From NCBI RefSeq assembly GCF_009834535.1, contig NC_045697.1, forward strand, positions 82,648,001-82,712,000: a stretch of DNA of 64,000 nt, in the 5' to 3' direction. Source of the DNA: Camelus ferus (lineage: Eukaryota). Positions 1-13,667 of the stretch are shown piece after piece (the first letter of the stretch is position 1; each line of letters starts with the position of its first letter). The position numbers and the translations under genes are program-made. The notes under the pieces were generated by a model. It saw only the letters and a program-made list of their open reading frames with translations, ran no database searches and was not told the origin of the DNA.

Positions 1-456
1 TAAAACAGGCAATATTTATAACATCACAGCTATGCTATACTTTGGTTTCCCAATTAAATAAAAAAGTTATATTAGTGTCCTCAACCCGCCTTCCCAAGTA
101 AATGAAATTTAATTAAAGAATATCAATAGTACTAAACCCTGAGCAAATAGATTCATTCTCTAAAGTCCAATAGTTTTTTTATAGAAATTGACTTATCTTT
201 TCCTGTGATATATCAGGTTCAAAAAGAACAATTTCAAACTGTGTAGTTGAATGAGAAGAACCTTTGATGAAGACTTGGATGTGTTTTGTTTTTACTAAAG
301 ACAGCAGCTGAAAAGATCCTATTGAAAGAAACTTACACATCGAAAATTAAGAAATTATTCAGATCTTGAACATTACATTTAATATCAGATACTCCAGAAT
401 ATGTTAAGTCAACCTATTCTTTTCTCAACCTGCTGATATGATCAGAGTATGATTTA

Positions 457-585
457 TGACTTTTTAATTATTGTTATTTTTTTTTAATTAGGTTCATTTA
501 TATTTAGTGGAGGTACTGGGGATTGAACCCAGGATCTTGTGCATGCTAAGCATGCACTCTACTACTTGAGCTAAACCTACCCCCC
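457..585 (-). mobile_element. tRNA-Ala-derived SINE (camelid Vic-1-like)
   Basis: Reverse complement of 508-585 reads GGGGG..TAGGTTTAGCTCAAGTAGTAGAGTGCATGCTTAGCATGCACAAGATCCTGGGTTCAATCCCCAGTACCTCCA, a tRNA-Ala(AGC)-like head with A/B boxes. A-rich tail at ~460-500. Flanking direct repeat GAGTATGATTTA at 445-456 and 598-609. Confidence 0.9.
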
Positions 586-2039
586 AAGCCTTGACTGGAG
601 TATGATTTAAAATGCTAGTTGTATAAATAACACAGCAGGCTGTAAATAGGCAATACTGACTCAAATATATTCATTTTGATTTCTTTAGAACTTGGGAGAA
701 GAGTGAAAAATAGACCTTTGTGATTTGCCTAATAAAATGTCTTCATTTTAGACAAGTGAATTATTTCAGTAGGCTGACACAGTAAATTGATTTTTTTAGC
801 AGGGCATGCTTCTTTTAGAAATACTGTTTTGTTTTGAAAAAAGAAAAAGATTTTAAAGAAATCTATGGCTATGGTTTTGTTTTTCTTCACTTTGCAAGCA
901 AGATTTTTTTAACGTGTAGTTCTTCATAGAAAAATACATTTAGTTAATCATCATCTGTGCTTACACAACTGCATTATTAGTTTATATACAACCTGGAAAA
1001 GCTTTGCAGATGTTTGATATCAAGAACAGATTTATGAGTTTGTGTTTTATTTTCTCTTGAGGCATTCAAATCTTTAGACGCTATGAAATATAATTTGTGC
1101 TTCATGACAGTGATTGTTATTCTTTAATTTATTAACAGGATTTAATGACTATATGTCTAATTTTTCTTTTTTCCTGGGCAAAGTAAAAATTGGTAAAACA
1201 TATTCAGTGACCTATTCATTATCTTTTCAACTTTACCACATTTGTTATTTATACATCAAAACTGCCCCATGCTAAGGAACATAATATAATGCCTCTTTTT
1301 GTTATACCAAAATTACCGATAATATTTTAAAATATTAAAATATTTAAAATTGTAAAGGCAATGATAAACCAATTTTTTTGTAGCCCCTGTAAAAGAGAAA
1401 CTGGGCCTTGAAGTAGGATAAGAATACCTTCTTCCCTTTGAAAACCTCAGCCCCCTTGTCACATATGGTCACACATGGAGATGGGTCTGTTATTCCTCAG
1501 GCAGATAAACTATGTTTTTTAAACAGGCAGGACTAATTGAGTTGTTCTGTTTAGTAAGGGTCCATCTTACAGTTGCCATATTGTAAGATGGAGCTTGAAG
1601 TAATTCCTTACTAAAAAATTACTTGGAAATAATGTCCTAGTCATCACATAATTAATGTCTAAAATTGTTGGGGTAGGAAAACTGTGTTACTCACACTATT
1701 GAATGAATTTAATAAATGACTCATTTAGCATCTTCAAACATTTTAAGCAATGGCCACAATAACTTGAAAAATGCAGAAGACATACAAGCATTATACCTAG
1801 AGAAGTTCTTACTATGTAGAATTTCTTAAAGTAGATATTCTTAAGATACTACGGAAGTTGACTCAGTACGTTCCCTGAAAACAAAGTCTGTTTTATTTTA
1901 TTGGGGGAAAAGTTTAAGATGTATTTGCGAGTATGACTACAATGGAAACGTTCTCACAGATTCTTAGTGCAGCACTGCAATATCATGATCACTATCCAAG
2001 GCACAGAGAGATTAAGGAGCAAAAGAAACTCATGGGCTT

Positions 2040-2230
2040 AAGTAATTAAAAGCCTGATCTTTGGATTGACAGTAGAGCCATTTTTTTATCTTTCATAAAT
2101 TATTGAGAATGGGTAAGTTGTAAAAACATCCAAAGTGGACAAATCCTGTCCTAATTTTCATAAAGGAGGACAAAGCCCTGTGTAGTGAAGAATACAGATT
2201 AGAAAATTTATCAATTTCTAGACTATATTA
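2040..2230 (+). mobile_element. CR1/L3 LINE ORF2 fragment (ancient)
   Basis: AAGTGGACAAATCCTGTCCTAATTTTCATAAAGGAGGACAAA...GAATACAGATTAG resembles the DNA encoding the CR1 'WKxANVxPIFKKG...NYRP' motif; heavily decayed. Confidence 0.5.
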
Positions 2231-2339
2231 CTTGACTTTGAGGCAATGTCTTAAATAGAGGAATTCAAAATTCCTACATCATAGTTTTATTGCTCCAGCA
2301 AAATATTTTCATTTAATTAAATTATTTTTTAACTCTTCA

Positions 2340-3430
2340 CACACATGCAATGGTTAGCATCTTTTATGGAATATCACCATTGATGTTAACGCTGATCACC
2401 TCGCTGAGCTAGTGACTGTCAAGTTTCTCCACTGTGAAGTTACTTTTACTGACCTGCATAGTGTACTCTTCAAAAAAAGTCATGTGCAGCCTATGATTAA
2501 AGACTGGAGGGTTATATGTCAGCTCTTTGAAGAGATAGTATTCATACAAGTTATTTGGAATTCTTCTCTGGGAAAAATGGAACATTAGTCTGTTCTTTCC
2601 TATCCGTTTAGTAATTCAATCATTTGTATCGGTATGAATTCATGGATATTTATTTTATACTGGGCTGTAATCCAATATTATGTAATTAATTTTGCTACTC
2701 AAATTATTCCAGCACTCACCCTGGGTAGCTCTTTCAGTTGGCTCATGTGTCCTTCTGACATATTCCTCATTGTGGCATTTTGTTTGGTTTGATTTTGTTG
2801 TTCCTGTTTTCATTGTCTGTTTGCTGTGTACTTTCTTACTCTCTGGCACAAAATGATGCCCAGGGTCATTTGGTACAGTCCCTGACCAGTCTTAGAATTA
2901 GCTACTTCTCCAAGGAGCCCTGGTTCCTTTATTGGAGAATGGTTTTAGGAACCAAGGTCCAGAACGATATGCTTATTGCTACTGGGGTACTTTTACTATT
3001 AGGCCTTCTCAACCAACAGAACAAGGAAATATACGTGGACATGTACACATAAATGTATATAATAAGCTCTATGTACACATGTGTATGTGCATATGTTTAT
3101 AATATGTTTATGTATAATCATTTATATCTATATTAAGTGTAAGTTCCTCTGTTCTCCAATTCTAATCCATTGCCACATGGGTCATTCCAGCCTTTTCTCC
3201 TGGTTTGTATGTAACCTCTCTATCTACTCTAAGAAACTTGACTCTCATTATCCACCAACCATTTATTTAATTGTTCAATTCCAGTATATATACATATACA
3301 GTTGTTTCAAAATTATTAACTTCTCCACACACAGAAACCAACTTTATCAGCCAGAGTACAGTGCTTATGTACAATTCTTCCTGCTTTTAATGTTACAGGC
3401 TCTGTTTATTTCCACAATGGTTACTCTTCC
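2340..3430 (-). mobile_element. L1MC-type LINE 3' end region
   Basis: GATGTTAAC.CTGATCACCT.GCTGAG..AGTG.CTGTCAAGTTTCTCCACTGTGAAGTTAC and AGGAGCCCTGGTTCCTTTATTGGAGAATGG match recalled L1MC4-like 3' consensus in reverse orientation. Confidence 0.7.
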
Positions 3431-3439
3431 ACTTACACC

Positions 3440-3818
3440 AGCCAGAGCCATGAGATCTTTTTTTGAATATTCATTTTGAGGATTTGCTGAAGTTCCTGGA
3501 GGTAATCCATAATCCACGTGAAGACCTGTAAGACTGTGTTCCCCAAGATGTGCTTATTATCATACTAGTCTACAATCATCCCCCAGCAATTCCTTAGTCT
3601 ATCCATTTATGCTTTCCTACCTATTATATAGCTCCAATGTCTTCTGCTCTAGGTAAGCAGATCTCAATAATTCTCTCTCTCTGTATTTGCCTCTCTCTCC
3701 AGATTCCAGAGTGATCCAAGAAGTAGAATCAGTTTTCCAGTTTTTTCAGCTCTCTATTGTTGTAAGGACCAGAGTGGTGATATCTAAGGGCTCCATGTTA
3801 GAGCTGAAACTGGAAGTT
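3440..3818 (-). mobile_element. Ancient L1M 5' end (L1MC/L1MD-type)
   Basis: CTTCTGCTCTAGGTAAGCAGATCTC...TTGTTGTAAGGA...GAGCTGAAACTGGAAGT; a homologous block recurs at 25490-25865. Confidence 0.6.
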
Positions 3819-4482
3819 GAATGGAAATTTGAATAGAATCCTTTTTGCTATGAATGTCAGATAGCTGAAGAAGGAAAAATTATTCCTCATAGAGACACCA
3901 CTCATCAATTAAAGATACTTAGATTGTCGTTTTTATACTTTAGAAACTTTAATAAGTCATGAAAACTTTGATCATAGTAATTTGTTTCTTGAGTAGTCCC
4001 AGGTTTGCTGGTTGGCTCTTTTTATCATTCTGGGATGTTTCCTTAGAGTGTATTTGATATTTTGCACTCTATTTACATTGCTGTTCTTCTGATCTTGTCA
4101 CAACTGACTTCCTGCCTGATATCTTTATTTTCTTCATGTATGTTCTGCATTCAACTATTTCATGTTTTTCTGTACTTTCCTTCTGGCTCTCCCTTGGAGA
4201 GAGAGAGATGGTAAATAAAGTTTCTCACCTTCAGGGTCTCACCTCTTCAAGGGTAGTGAATTGCTATCTTCTCAGGCAACAGTTTTACTAAAAGCAGCAG
4301 GTTTCTTCCTCCCTCTTTTTTATTTATGCTTTTTCAAATTCTGAGGAAGTATGATTTCTACAGCATGGTCACTGACTACGGCACTTACATTCTTAGTATA
4401 GAAACTGCTTCAGAAGAGCAGGGTATCAGCTCCTTTCTAATCTTCCACTTCATCTCAGTTTGATTCAAAAAGTTAAACAATG

Positions 4483-4720
4483 CAAATGTCCATTGACAGA
4501 CAACTGGATAAAGAAGATACATACATACACACACATATATACACACATTGGAATACTACTCAGCCATAAAAAAGACTAAAACAATGCCATTTGTAGTAAC
4601 ATGGATGGACCCGGAGATCGTCATTCTAAGTGAAGTAAGCCAGAAAGAGAAAGAAAAATACCATGTGATATCACTTATATGTGGAATCTTAAAAAAAAAA
4701 AAGGACACAAATAAACTACT
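4483..4720 (+). mobile_element. L1 fragment, ORF2 C-terminus and start of 3' UTR
   Basis: ORF 4548-4745 'EYYSAIKK...MPFVVTWMDPEIVILSEVSQKEKEKYHVISLICGI' is the L1 ORF2p C-terminal segment. Confidence 0.9.
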
Positions 4721-5837
4721 TATTATTTATAATCTGGATGACTGATTTCTTGAATATGTGTAAGCACATTTGACTGTCCTTTATGATTGGATTACTGCAT
4801 TCTGTTGATTCTTATTTTGTGGTTGGCTTTATTCCTTTGATAACTACATGTGTTTAAAAAGCTGTAGTCAAAACTGTTCTTAAAAACAATAAACAGTACA
4901 TATATGTAAATTTTAAAACAGTTTTATCCCTCAATGAGTTGCTCTTCCTAGAATAAACTTTATTTACCAAAAAAAAAAATTTAGTGGCTGAAATCAGTGT
5001 TATATGTTGTTTCGGCAATTAAGGCTCAGGGAAGATCATATCAGTTGCAAGATTATATCACTGGATCAGCAGAAGACCTAGAAGTTGGAGACTGATAGCA
5101 ACTGTCCACCACAATGGAAGTGTCTGCACAATGACAGACCACCACCTCTTAGGACAGCATTTTACATTTAATAATGTAGATTTGAGTACATAACTATAGT
5201 ATCTAGAGAAAGAAGTTGATGTCTAAGACTTTTTAAAGTACTTGGTTTCTTAGAATAACAACTACTATCAAATTAAATTATATCTGAAACAAAATTTTGG
5301 AGTCTTGGAGATGGTAGATATTCTATATCTTCTTTTCATTTGATGTACTAGGAATAATTTACAGGAAAAAGTTAAAAGATGTGACCAAACCAGACTGATT
5401 TTTTAAAAATTTAAAAATGCATTTTATTTCTCATATACCAACAGAGACTAAGAATAGCATAAAAGAAAAAGAAAATAGAACGCACCGTTAAAATGGATGT
5501 TTCCTATGGGCTATGAATTCACATCAGTACAAATGAAAAGACCACGCTTTTCTGATTACACTGAAATGCTGTGACTCATGCACATACTTCCTCACTTTGT
5601 CTTGCCTTTCTACTTTCTTCTCTTCTTTCAGCTCATTTTAAATCTACTTCACATATGTATAAAAGGAAAGTAATATTATTACTGCCTTTACAAATTTTCT
5701 TCTAAGCAGTTTAATCTGAGTATCAAACAGTAAACTTTACACTCAAACCCTCACCTCCCCCTATTTCTGTATATTACACACTGAAATTGCCCACATCTTT
5801 CATCTCCGGGATAGACTCATAAGTGTCATGAAGATTC

Positions 5838-6064
5838 AGAGAGGTTTGCAGATACTGATATATTAAAACATAGATAAATAACAAGTTCATACTGTATAGC
5901 ACAGGGAACTATATTCAATGTCTTATAGTAACTTATGGTGAAAGAATATGAAAATGAGTATGTGTATGCTCTTATATGACTGAAGTGTTGTGCTGTACAC
6001 CAGAAATTGACACAACATTGTAAACTGACTGTACTTCAATAAAAATATATATTTTAAAAAAAAA
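5838..6064 (+). mobile_element. L1 3' UTR fragment (cetartiodactyl/camelid type)
   Basis: CTGTATAGCACAGGGAACTATATTCAA...TGTACACCAGAAATTGACACAACATTGTAAACTGAC..TACTTCAATAAAA followed by an A tail. Confidence 0.9.
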
Positions 6065-8027
6065 GCAAAGAAGTACAAAATCTACATGATGAGTCCTGAC
6101 CACTGCTCTGTGCTCCAAAGCTATGCTTCCCATTCCCAATGGAACATTTGTTCTGCAATTTATGTGTCTAAACTTGGACCACTTTGTGTGGTTAAGAGTA
6201 ACAATAAAAACTTAACATTTATTGTAGGATATTGAGTTTAGGTATTGTGGGTCTTTGGGTTTGTTGTTTTGGATTCAATATTTAAGCCAGTTTCCCCATC
6301 TGCATGATAAGAAAAATAATACCTGCCTTAGGGTGAAATGGTTGTTTTAACTAATGTGTATAAATTTTTTGTAAACTGAAATACATCACACAAATAAAGC
6401 CTAGAATATATAACTGAAGCTGCACTCACAACCCATTTAAGAGGCAGAGCATATGCTAGGGATTGTATAATTACTACTAATTGCCACCTTAACAACAATA
6501 TTCAATTCTTTTATAATTGACTATAAAATAAATTAGCTTGCTCAGCTGTTAACATATTTTAAATCTGAAATTCAAATCCATTTCAAGTATAAACATTACC
6601 TTTTCTTTTATCTGTACTTTCATACTTGTTTAAAATATAGTAAACTCTATGTAAGCAGAAAACTGATTATGTATTAAAGAATACATATTTGTGTCCTTTG
6701 TTTTCTGTGTCGCTTGTGTTTAAATTACCGACCAAATATACCTCTAGAGCTCTCAGCTGCACATATGAATTTAGCTGAGGAGATTTGAAACTGAATTCAA
6801 ATCTGCTTCACGACATGCTGACCAAATTTCTAAGCCAGTTTAGTTTTGATTAGAAAATATTTATTTTTGGTGCCAAATGTTGAATATATAAGACACTAAG
6901 TTAAGTTTTGAAAATGCTGCTATGGGAAATCAATGGAAGTAAATATGGGATGTCATCATGACATTTTCAACACTCCATTGTGTGTTATAATGGAGTTTGG
7001 TTACATCTGTGTATAGGCAGTAATCTGTGGGTAAAAAAGGTGGATAAAGATTTTCATAAGATCATAGGCTTAACAATGAGAATGTGTCTGATTCCCAGGA
7101 GAGGTTAAGATTGCTACCTTTCAAAGTGTTTGGCTGGACAAAACAACTGAGATCAGAGACAGGTATAATCTATGTGTTTTCTTAATGATGTTCTGTGGTA
7201 TGATACTTAAAAAAGATTTTTCTTTATCTGCTGTATTTTTATCTACTCAAGCACTATCTCACTGTATTGTAATAATTGGCTTATTTATCTTTTTCACCCA
7301 ATCAAGTTAAAATTTTAAAGATTTAGAGAAAGCTAGGTAAGACATGTTTCCCCTTCTTCATTCCAACTACTCAACTTTTACAAAAGAGGAAAAGAATCAC
7401 TGTTCCTTGCTTGAAACTCTGTGTTCTTAGCATGACCAAGATAACATGGATTTATTTGTGCATGTTCATCAGCCAAGCCTGAATCACTGGTGCGGATGTG
7501 TCAGAGTCATGTTAGAATAACTGGGAGAGTTTGACAGTAATTGTCTTACTCCTCATTGACACGACCGTCGGAAAATGTACTTGACCAAACTTGACCAAAT
7601 GGATTTCCACCCCTTGCTTTCCTATAGTCAAGCAAGAGACAAAGGTGGAATTATTTTTCTTAGGAGTCTTTAAATTTATTTATTTCCTAGTCAAAGAATT
7701 TCTATTTCTTGAGAATTTCAGTGTTGAATAAAGGAGAATTATCTGAAAAAATTAATCCAAGTAGGAAAAAAGAGGTGAATAAGTCAGCTTGGTTTTTTTA
7801 ATCTTCATCTTAGTGTTTTATATACTAAAGAACAGAATCAGACCTGAACTTGTAATTACTCATATTAGATTATAAATACACTTTTCTTCTTTATTTGCTA
7901 AGGCATATTGGATAAGAACAAGATTAGAAATTTCTGATAGTTTATAACTAATAAAAAAAGCTTGCCTTTTTATGGCTGAGTAAAAAAACATTACTCAGAT
8001 TATTTTTATTATTATTATTCATTATTT

Positions 8028-8468
8028 CAAAAGAATGAAATAAAGCCATTTGCAGCAACCTGGGTAGACCTAGAGATTATCATATTAATCAAAGTAAGTC
8101 AGACAGAGGAAGACAAATATCATATGATATCACTTATATGTGGAATCTAAAAAAAAATGATAAAATCTTATCTACAAACCAAAAATAGACTCACAGACAT
8201 AGAAAACAAACTATGGTTACCAAAGAGGAAAGGGCAAGAGAGGGATAAATTAGGAGTTTGAGATTAACAGATACACATTACTGTATATAAAATAGACAAA
8301 CAACAAGGACCTACTTATAGTACAGGGAACCATATTCAATTTCTTATAATAAGATATGATGGAAAAGAATCTGAAAAAATATACATATTTATGTATATGT
8401 ATAACTGAATCGCTTTGTTGTGCATCTGAAACTAACATTGTGAATCAACTATACTTTAATTAAAAAAT
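8028..8468 (+). mobile_element. L1 3' end (ORF2 C-terminus plus 3' UTR)
   Basis: GCCATTTGCAGCAACCTGGGTAGACCTAGAGATTATCAT...GATATCACTTATATGTGGAATCTAAAA...CTATACTTTAATTAAAAAA. Confidence 0.9.
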
Positions 8469-10629
8469 GTACATATAAAGAAAAAGCTTTCTTTCTAAAT
8501 TGCTGTTCATACTTTCCTAATGACAGGTACATATTTCCAACATTTTTTTTTTTAAGTGGAGCATTTACTCTTTTTGTATCTGTAAATCCAAGGCACTGAT
8601 TAAAGAAAATACACAATGAATTGTTACTTTTCCAAAGATTGTTTTTCTGCTTTGCATAATGAATTGAACTCTTTTCTTGCAATTTTTGGGAGTGAACTTT
8701 TAAAGACAATAAATGAAAATACACACAGAGACAGAGAAGTGTTGATGTGCAGATAATAATTATAATAATCTGCACAGGCTTTAAGACAATAATGGCTGAT
8801 AAGCTCTTAGAGGTTGCACATGATATAGTTCATCTCAGGCAGGCAAAAATAACAGAATGTATATATATTAGATTCTGGTAAGTAAATGCAATAAATCTCA
8901 AATATATGACAGCCAGCATCTCCCATTTTCTCCCAGGAGTGTGAAGGGAGAGGGATAATGTTACATTTTGTAAGGAGTCTGACACAGCTGACAGTTGCAT
9001 TATCTCAGCCACCTTTCCATACCAAGCAGAATGGTGTGTTGGTTCTAACTTCTCTGTGCATTTACTGACTTTCTATTGTGAGGTAGGCAAGTGACTTGAG
9101 TTTAGTAAGTGCCCAGCTTCAGATGCCTCTGGCTTCTAGGTACACATTATTAAGTGACATGAGTTGCCGTGTAATGAAGAAAATGGTCATTTTTGAAAAG
9201 TACCACTGACAGAATGCTGTTTAATGGGATGGAGCTGACAAGGCATTTTTAAAGAATTGTTCATAAATATTTAAATAGACTCTTAGCACAATAATTAAGA
9301 TTGAATTACATTAATGTGACTAATTTAGTTTGTGGGTTTTTTTTTTTTTTTTTTTTTTTTTGCAATTACAAAAAAATCTATTTACTGAACAAAACAGCTT
9401 TGGCTTTGCCAGCTTTATTTATTTATTTATTTATTTTGCAGCCTGGTCAATTTAATTTAGCATCTTGTGTCTAGCCATGCATTTGTAAATGTTGCTAATT
9501 CATCAATAGAAGATGAATTAAATCTACATACAAAATAAGTTAAAGTCGAAGCGGCTGATTACAGACATCAAGTTACTAGTAATTCTTTATATCACTTTGT
9601 TCTCTGATGGGTGTGTAGGCTCCTTCTTCACTACATCCACACATTGACAGTTGGAAAAAAATTGAGGACAAATGAATGGCAGTTAAGCACATGAACTGAA
9701 ATGAAGAGTAACAATGTATGACAAGAGATATTGAAGCAGGTAGTCAGATGACTGCTGCATGGTTGAAATACAGGCTTATAAAGTGTCTGGTTACAATCAC
9801 AGGTGCAGAGCTATGCTGTTATTCAACAACTGCATTTGGTTTTGCTTTTCCTGTTCCAATTTGTCATTCTGTTTAAGAGAATGTAGTTTAGACTAATATG
9901 TGACTTCTCTGACTTGACGTTCGGATGAAACAGGAATAAATCCTCAACTGCTAAAGTTTTCTTGAGTCTTTGATAACTGACTGATTGAACTGGAAAACAC
10001 TACACAATAATCAAGTCCAGAGCAACCTCAGTGCATGTGGTTTTGTCTTTGTGGAAGGCATGGCAGCTAGCCTGTTGTCACCTTTTTTGTTACAATGAGG
10101 CATAGATGCATTAATAAGCAGCAGTTATATTATGCTTTTTAAAACTTACCAGTGAATCTGATGTATATTTCTACATATTTAATTGCAGAGCTGAGGTTTA
10201 TAAATATGCATTATATATATACAAAGCATCTTAATTATTCATTTTAAGTAGACAGAGCATTTTAGGTTGGAAATTAAGCTGATTTTTGGAAGTCTATTTT
10301 CTCAGCTTTAACTGGATTTATAGAAAACTTTTAGTGCTTTGGCAAGTGTGCGAAAACAGTTTTTATTGCTTCAGTCAATAATACTTTCATCTGAAAAATG
10401 TGCCTGCCCTTCCTTCTTTTCAGCTTTTATTGAATGATAGTTTTTCTGATTGTGTATGTCTGGTATGATTTTAAAATAATTCATTATATTGGCAATTGTG
10501 TTTAGCCACTAAAAATTTAACAAACATGTAAAGAGAATTCAGCATCACAAAATAATATTCAATTATTTCCTTTTACTCACTAATCTTATTCTTATTTGCT
10601 CTTTGGTAACTATCATAGTAACATTAATG

Positions 10630-10985
10630 AAACCTAATGATATTTTTACTGTGGGCCAGTTGCAATACTATGCTCTTTATTTATCTATTTCATTTTTGAA
10701 ATAAGCAGATTAGGGAGGCACTACTGCCCACATTTTACACAAGAAGAAACTGATGCCCGAATTCAGGCTCACAAACTTAAGAATAGGACATTGATTCAAA
10801 TCCCTGCCCTTTAATTTACTAACCATGTTATCTTGAGTAAGCTATTAACTCTTTTAAAATTCAGGAGTATTGATTTTAAAATAGAAAAAAATAATGCTTA
10901 CATCATATGATTATCAGGATGTTGAAATGAAGTCATCTGTGACTGGCACAAAATGAGCATTTAATAAAGAGTAGCTACTATTATA
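10630..10985. mobile_element. Two adjacent MIR SINE fragments (minus then plus)
   Basis: CCCACATTTTACACAAGAAGAAACTGA (MIR core, minus), then TTCAAATCCCTGCC..TTTACTAACCATGTTATCTTGAGTAAG...GACTGGCACAAAATGAGCATTTAATAAA (plus). Confidence 0.6.
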
Positions 10986-11908
10986 GGGCCTAACAGCCCT
11001 ACCAAAGATTTTGTGTCCACTTACTCCCATCTCTTCCAGAAGTTCTCCATCATTTATGTATCCTTCCATTCCTCTCATCAATGTCTTCTTATCCACTAGA
11101 ATCTAACCTTCAAACTACATGTCCTCATTTCATCTATCTTAATGGAAGAAACAAAACCAAGCAAATAAAAATATCTAGACATTTAAAGCAAGTAATTAGT
11201 AACTCTCCCCCCCCCAAAAAACAAAAACTTTGCCACATACTGCAGATTATCATTGTGCCCTTTGTTATCTGCTGAAGTTATCAAGTTAACTTACAATAAT
11301 AGAAATTCAAATAGAAATCACTTTTTTTTCTCACTACCCATCATTTAAAAAATAACTGCAATGTGGTTTTTATGGAAGTAAGATTATGTTTTTAAATTAA
11401 GTAATTAAAAGTTTTTAATAACCAAAACAAAAAAGGAGACAGAACAGGAAGAGGAGGAGAGGGAGGAGGACAAGGATGAGTTAGAAGGAAAAAAGGAATA
11501 AAGAAAGGGAGGAAAAGAAAATGACAGCAAACACTTTATCCCAACATTTGAGTTCTGAGCCCCAAAAAGTCTCTTGCAAATTATCTTTTTATTATGACAT
11601 TTATTTCTTTACTGCCAAGTAATGTACTAATCCTGCTGCTTCTTAATTTTATTTTTTAATTTGATAAATCACCTGTATATTTTACATATTGAAGATGAAA
11701 ATTAACTTAGTCTTCCCAACCCCCAGCGCTTATCTGCCAGCAAGTTTCCGTTTTCTTCGTCCTAACAGTATATCCAAAGAACTCTGAAACTCTTCTCCCC
11801 ACAGTTAAACACACAAGGAACTTTTCTATTTTATTTCCTTCTGAAGCTGCTCCCATCTGTTCCATGTGATCTCTCTCCAGCCACAGCCATGGTCCTCGGG
11901 TGTCCTTT

Positions 11909-12565
11909 TCTTAGAGAGGGCAGATAGCTAGACATGAGCAGAGAAAGGGAGACACAGGCCAAATGGTAGGAATTGGGCAGAAAGGAGGGCACAGGCCAAA
12001 TGCAGGAAACCATATATCATGTAAGCACCACAGGTCCCTGGGCAGAGAAAGAAAAGCAGGAGCCATCTGGGCTGATAAATGGTCACACATTTTGGTGTGA
12101 CAAGTCACATTTCGGGGTGACAAGCAGCCTGGAGGCTGACAAAGACAGGTGGGAAAAGGCAGGAATCTCCAGTGTCCAAATGTAACCTTTTGCTCATTAT
12201 GCCCTCATTTCAATAAAATTAGCCGTGCTAATTAGAAGTACCTATACAATGCCATGACACTTGCTGATCCAGACTAAATAAGGACAAAAATCCCTCCTCC
12301 CTTTGGGAAGGTGGAGTTAGGGTGAAAATCAGGGAATAAGACCCCAAGCCCTTCCCTCCCCAATGAATATTCCACCCATTCATTTTTACTCTATGTAACC
12401 AACTTGCCAAAGAAACTCAGGGAAGCTGCTCACCTGAGCCTGCCCGCTCTCCCCTTGAGAGAGTACAATCTAGCCCTTAATAAATCCCCATTTTACTTTC
12501 TTAATCTTTGCGTCCTGTCTCTGAATTCTTTCTGCAAGAGGTCAAGAACCTAGTCACCAGCAACA
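11909..12565 (+). mobile_element. Solo ERV1-type LTR (same family as 21790-22389)
   Basis: Colinear with 21790-22389 along its length. Starts TCTTAGAG (TGTTAGAG in the sister copy), ends CAGCAACA, AATAAA near 12479. 4-bp flanks CTTT/ATTT. Internal ~39-bp tandem duplication (GCAGA..AAGG..G.CACAGGCCAAATG twice). Confidence 0.85.
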
Positions 12566-12649
12566 ATTTCCCTGCTGTCTGTCTTCTGTCCTTGCCTTTT
12601 CTCTAATCTCAAATTCCTGGATCCTGCATCTTCTGCTTTCTCAGTCTAC

Positions 12650-13270
12650 TCTCTTTTAGAGTCTGCTCATCTCACAATAGTTCCCTGGGAAGGGATGCAT
12701 GAGAAATGTTTGTCTAAGTACTTACATGTTTGAAAATAGCTTGATATTGGCCTCAACTCTAATTGATATTGGGGTGTGGAGATTCAGATTGTAAATCAAT
12801 TTGTCTCATTCTTCTGAAGACTTGCACCACTGTACTTGGACTCTCGGGATTACTACTAAGCAGTCTGATGATATTTTAATTCATATTGCATTGTATGTGA
12901 TTGGCTTATTTTTTCCCATTAAGATTTTTTTTTCTATATACCTATATTCTGAATTACTGGATGATAACTCCTGGGAAGATCATTTTTCCAATTGTGATGA
13001 TGGGCAATTATTGTGATCTTTTAATATGGAATTAAATGTTCTTTATTAGATTCCTTTAAGTATCTAATTGATTATTTCCTCCCACTTTTTGTTGGTTCAA
13101 TCTTCTATCCCTGTTAGCAGTATACTGGACATTTTATATAATATTTTATTCCACTTTTTCATTTTCCATCCTTGTTTTTTTTACGACTTTCTGCAAGATT
13201 TCTTTAACATTATCATATTATAAGATTTTATCAACTATGTATTGACCTTTGGCTGTTGAATGATAATTAA
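12650..13270 (-). mobile_element. Ancient L1M fragment (continues at ~14015-14660)
   Basis: T-rich decayed L1-like antisense sequence (AAGCAGTCTGATGATATTTTAATTC...), interrupted by the L1MB-like inserts at 13291-13998. Confidence 0.45.
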
Positions 13271-13290
13271 GTGTCAAAAAAGCTTACTGA

Positions 13291-13658
13291 TGAAAATAAA
13301 AGGGACTCAAGTATTGATACACAGTACAACATGGATGAATCTTGAAAACATTATGCTAAGTAAAAGAAGCCAGACAAAAGAGACCATATATTGACTAATT
13401 CAATCTGAAATGTTAAGAATAAGCAAATCTATAGAGACAGAAATTTGTAGTTGCCTAGGCCTTAAGCTGTCCAATAGAAATGGGGTGTGACTGCTAATGG
13501 AAACAGGATTTCTTTTTAGAGTAAAGGAATGTTCTAAAATTGATTGTGGTGACAAATGTAAAAATGTGAATACACTAAAAAGCATGGAATTTTACACTTG
13601 AAGCAGGCAAATTGTTTGATATGTGAATCATATCTCAATAAAGCTGTTACATATTTTT
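13291..13658 (+). mobile_element. L1MB-type 3' end, copy 1
   Basis: ACAACATGGATGAATCTTGAAAACATTATGCTAAGT.AAAGAAGCCAGAC...GCAAATCTATAGAGACAGAAA...TATCTCAATAAAGCTGTT. Confidence 0.85.
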
Positions 13659-13667
13659 AAAAAGCTT

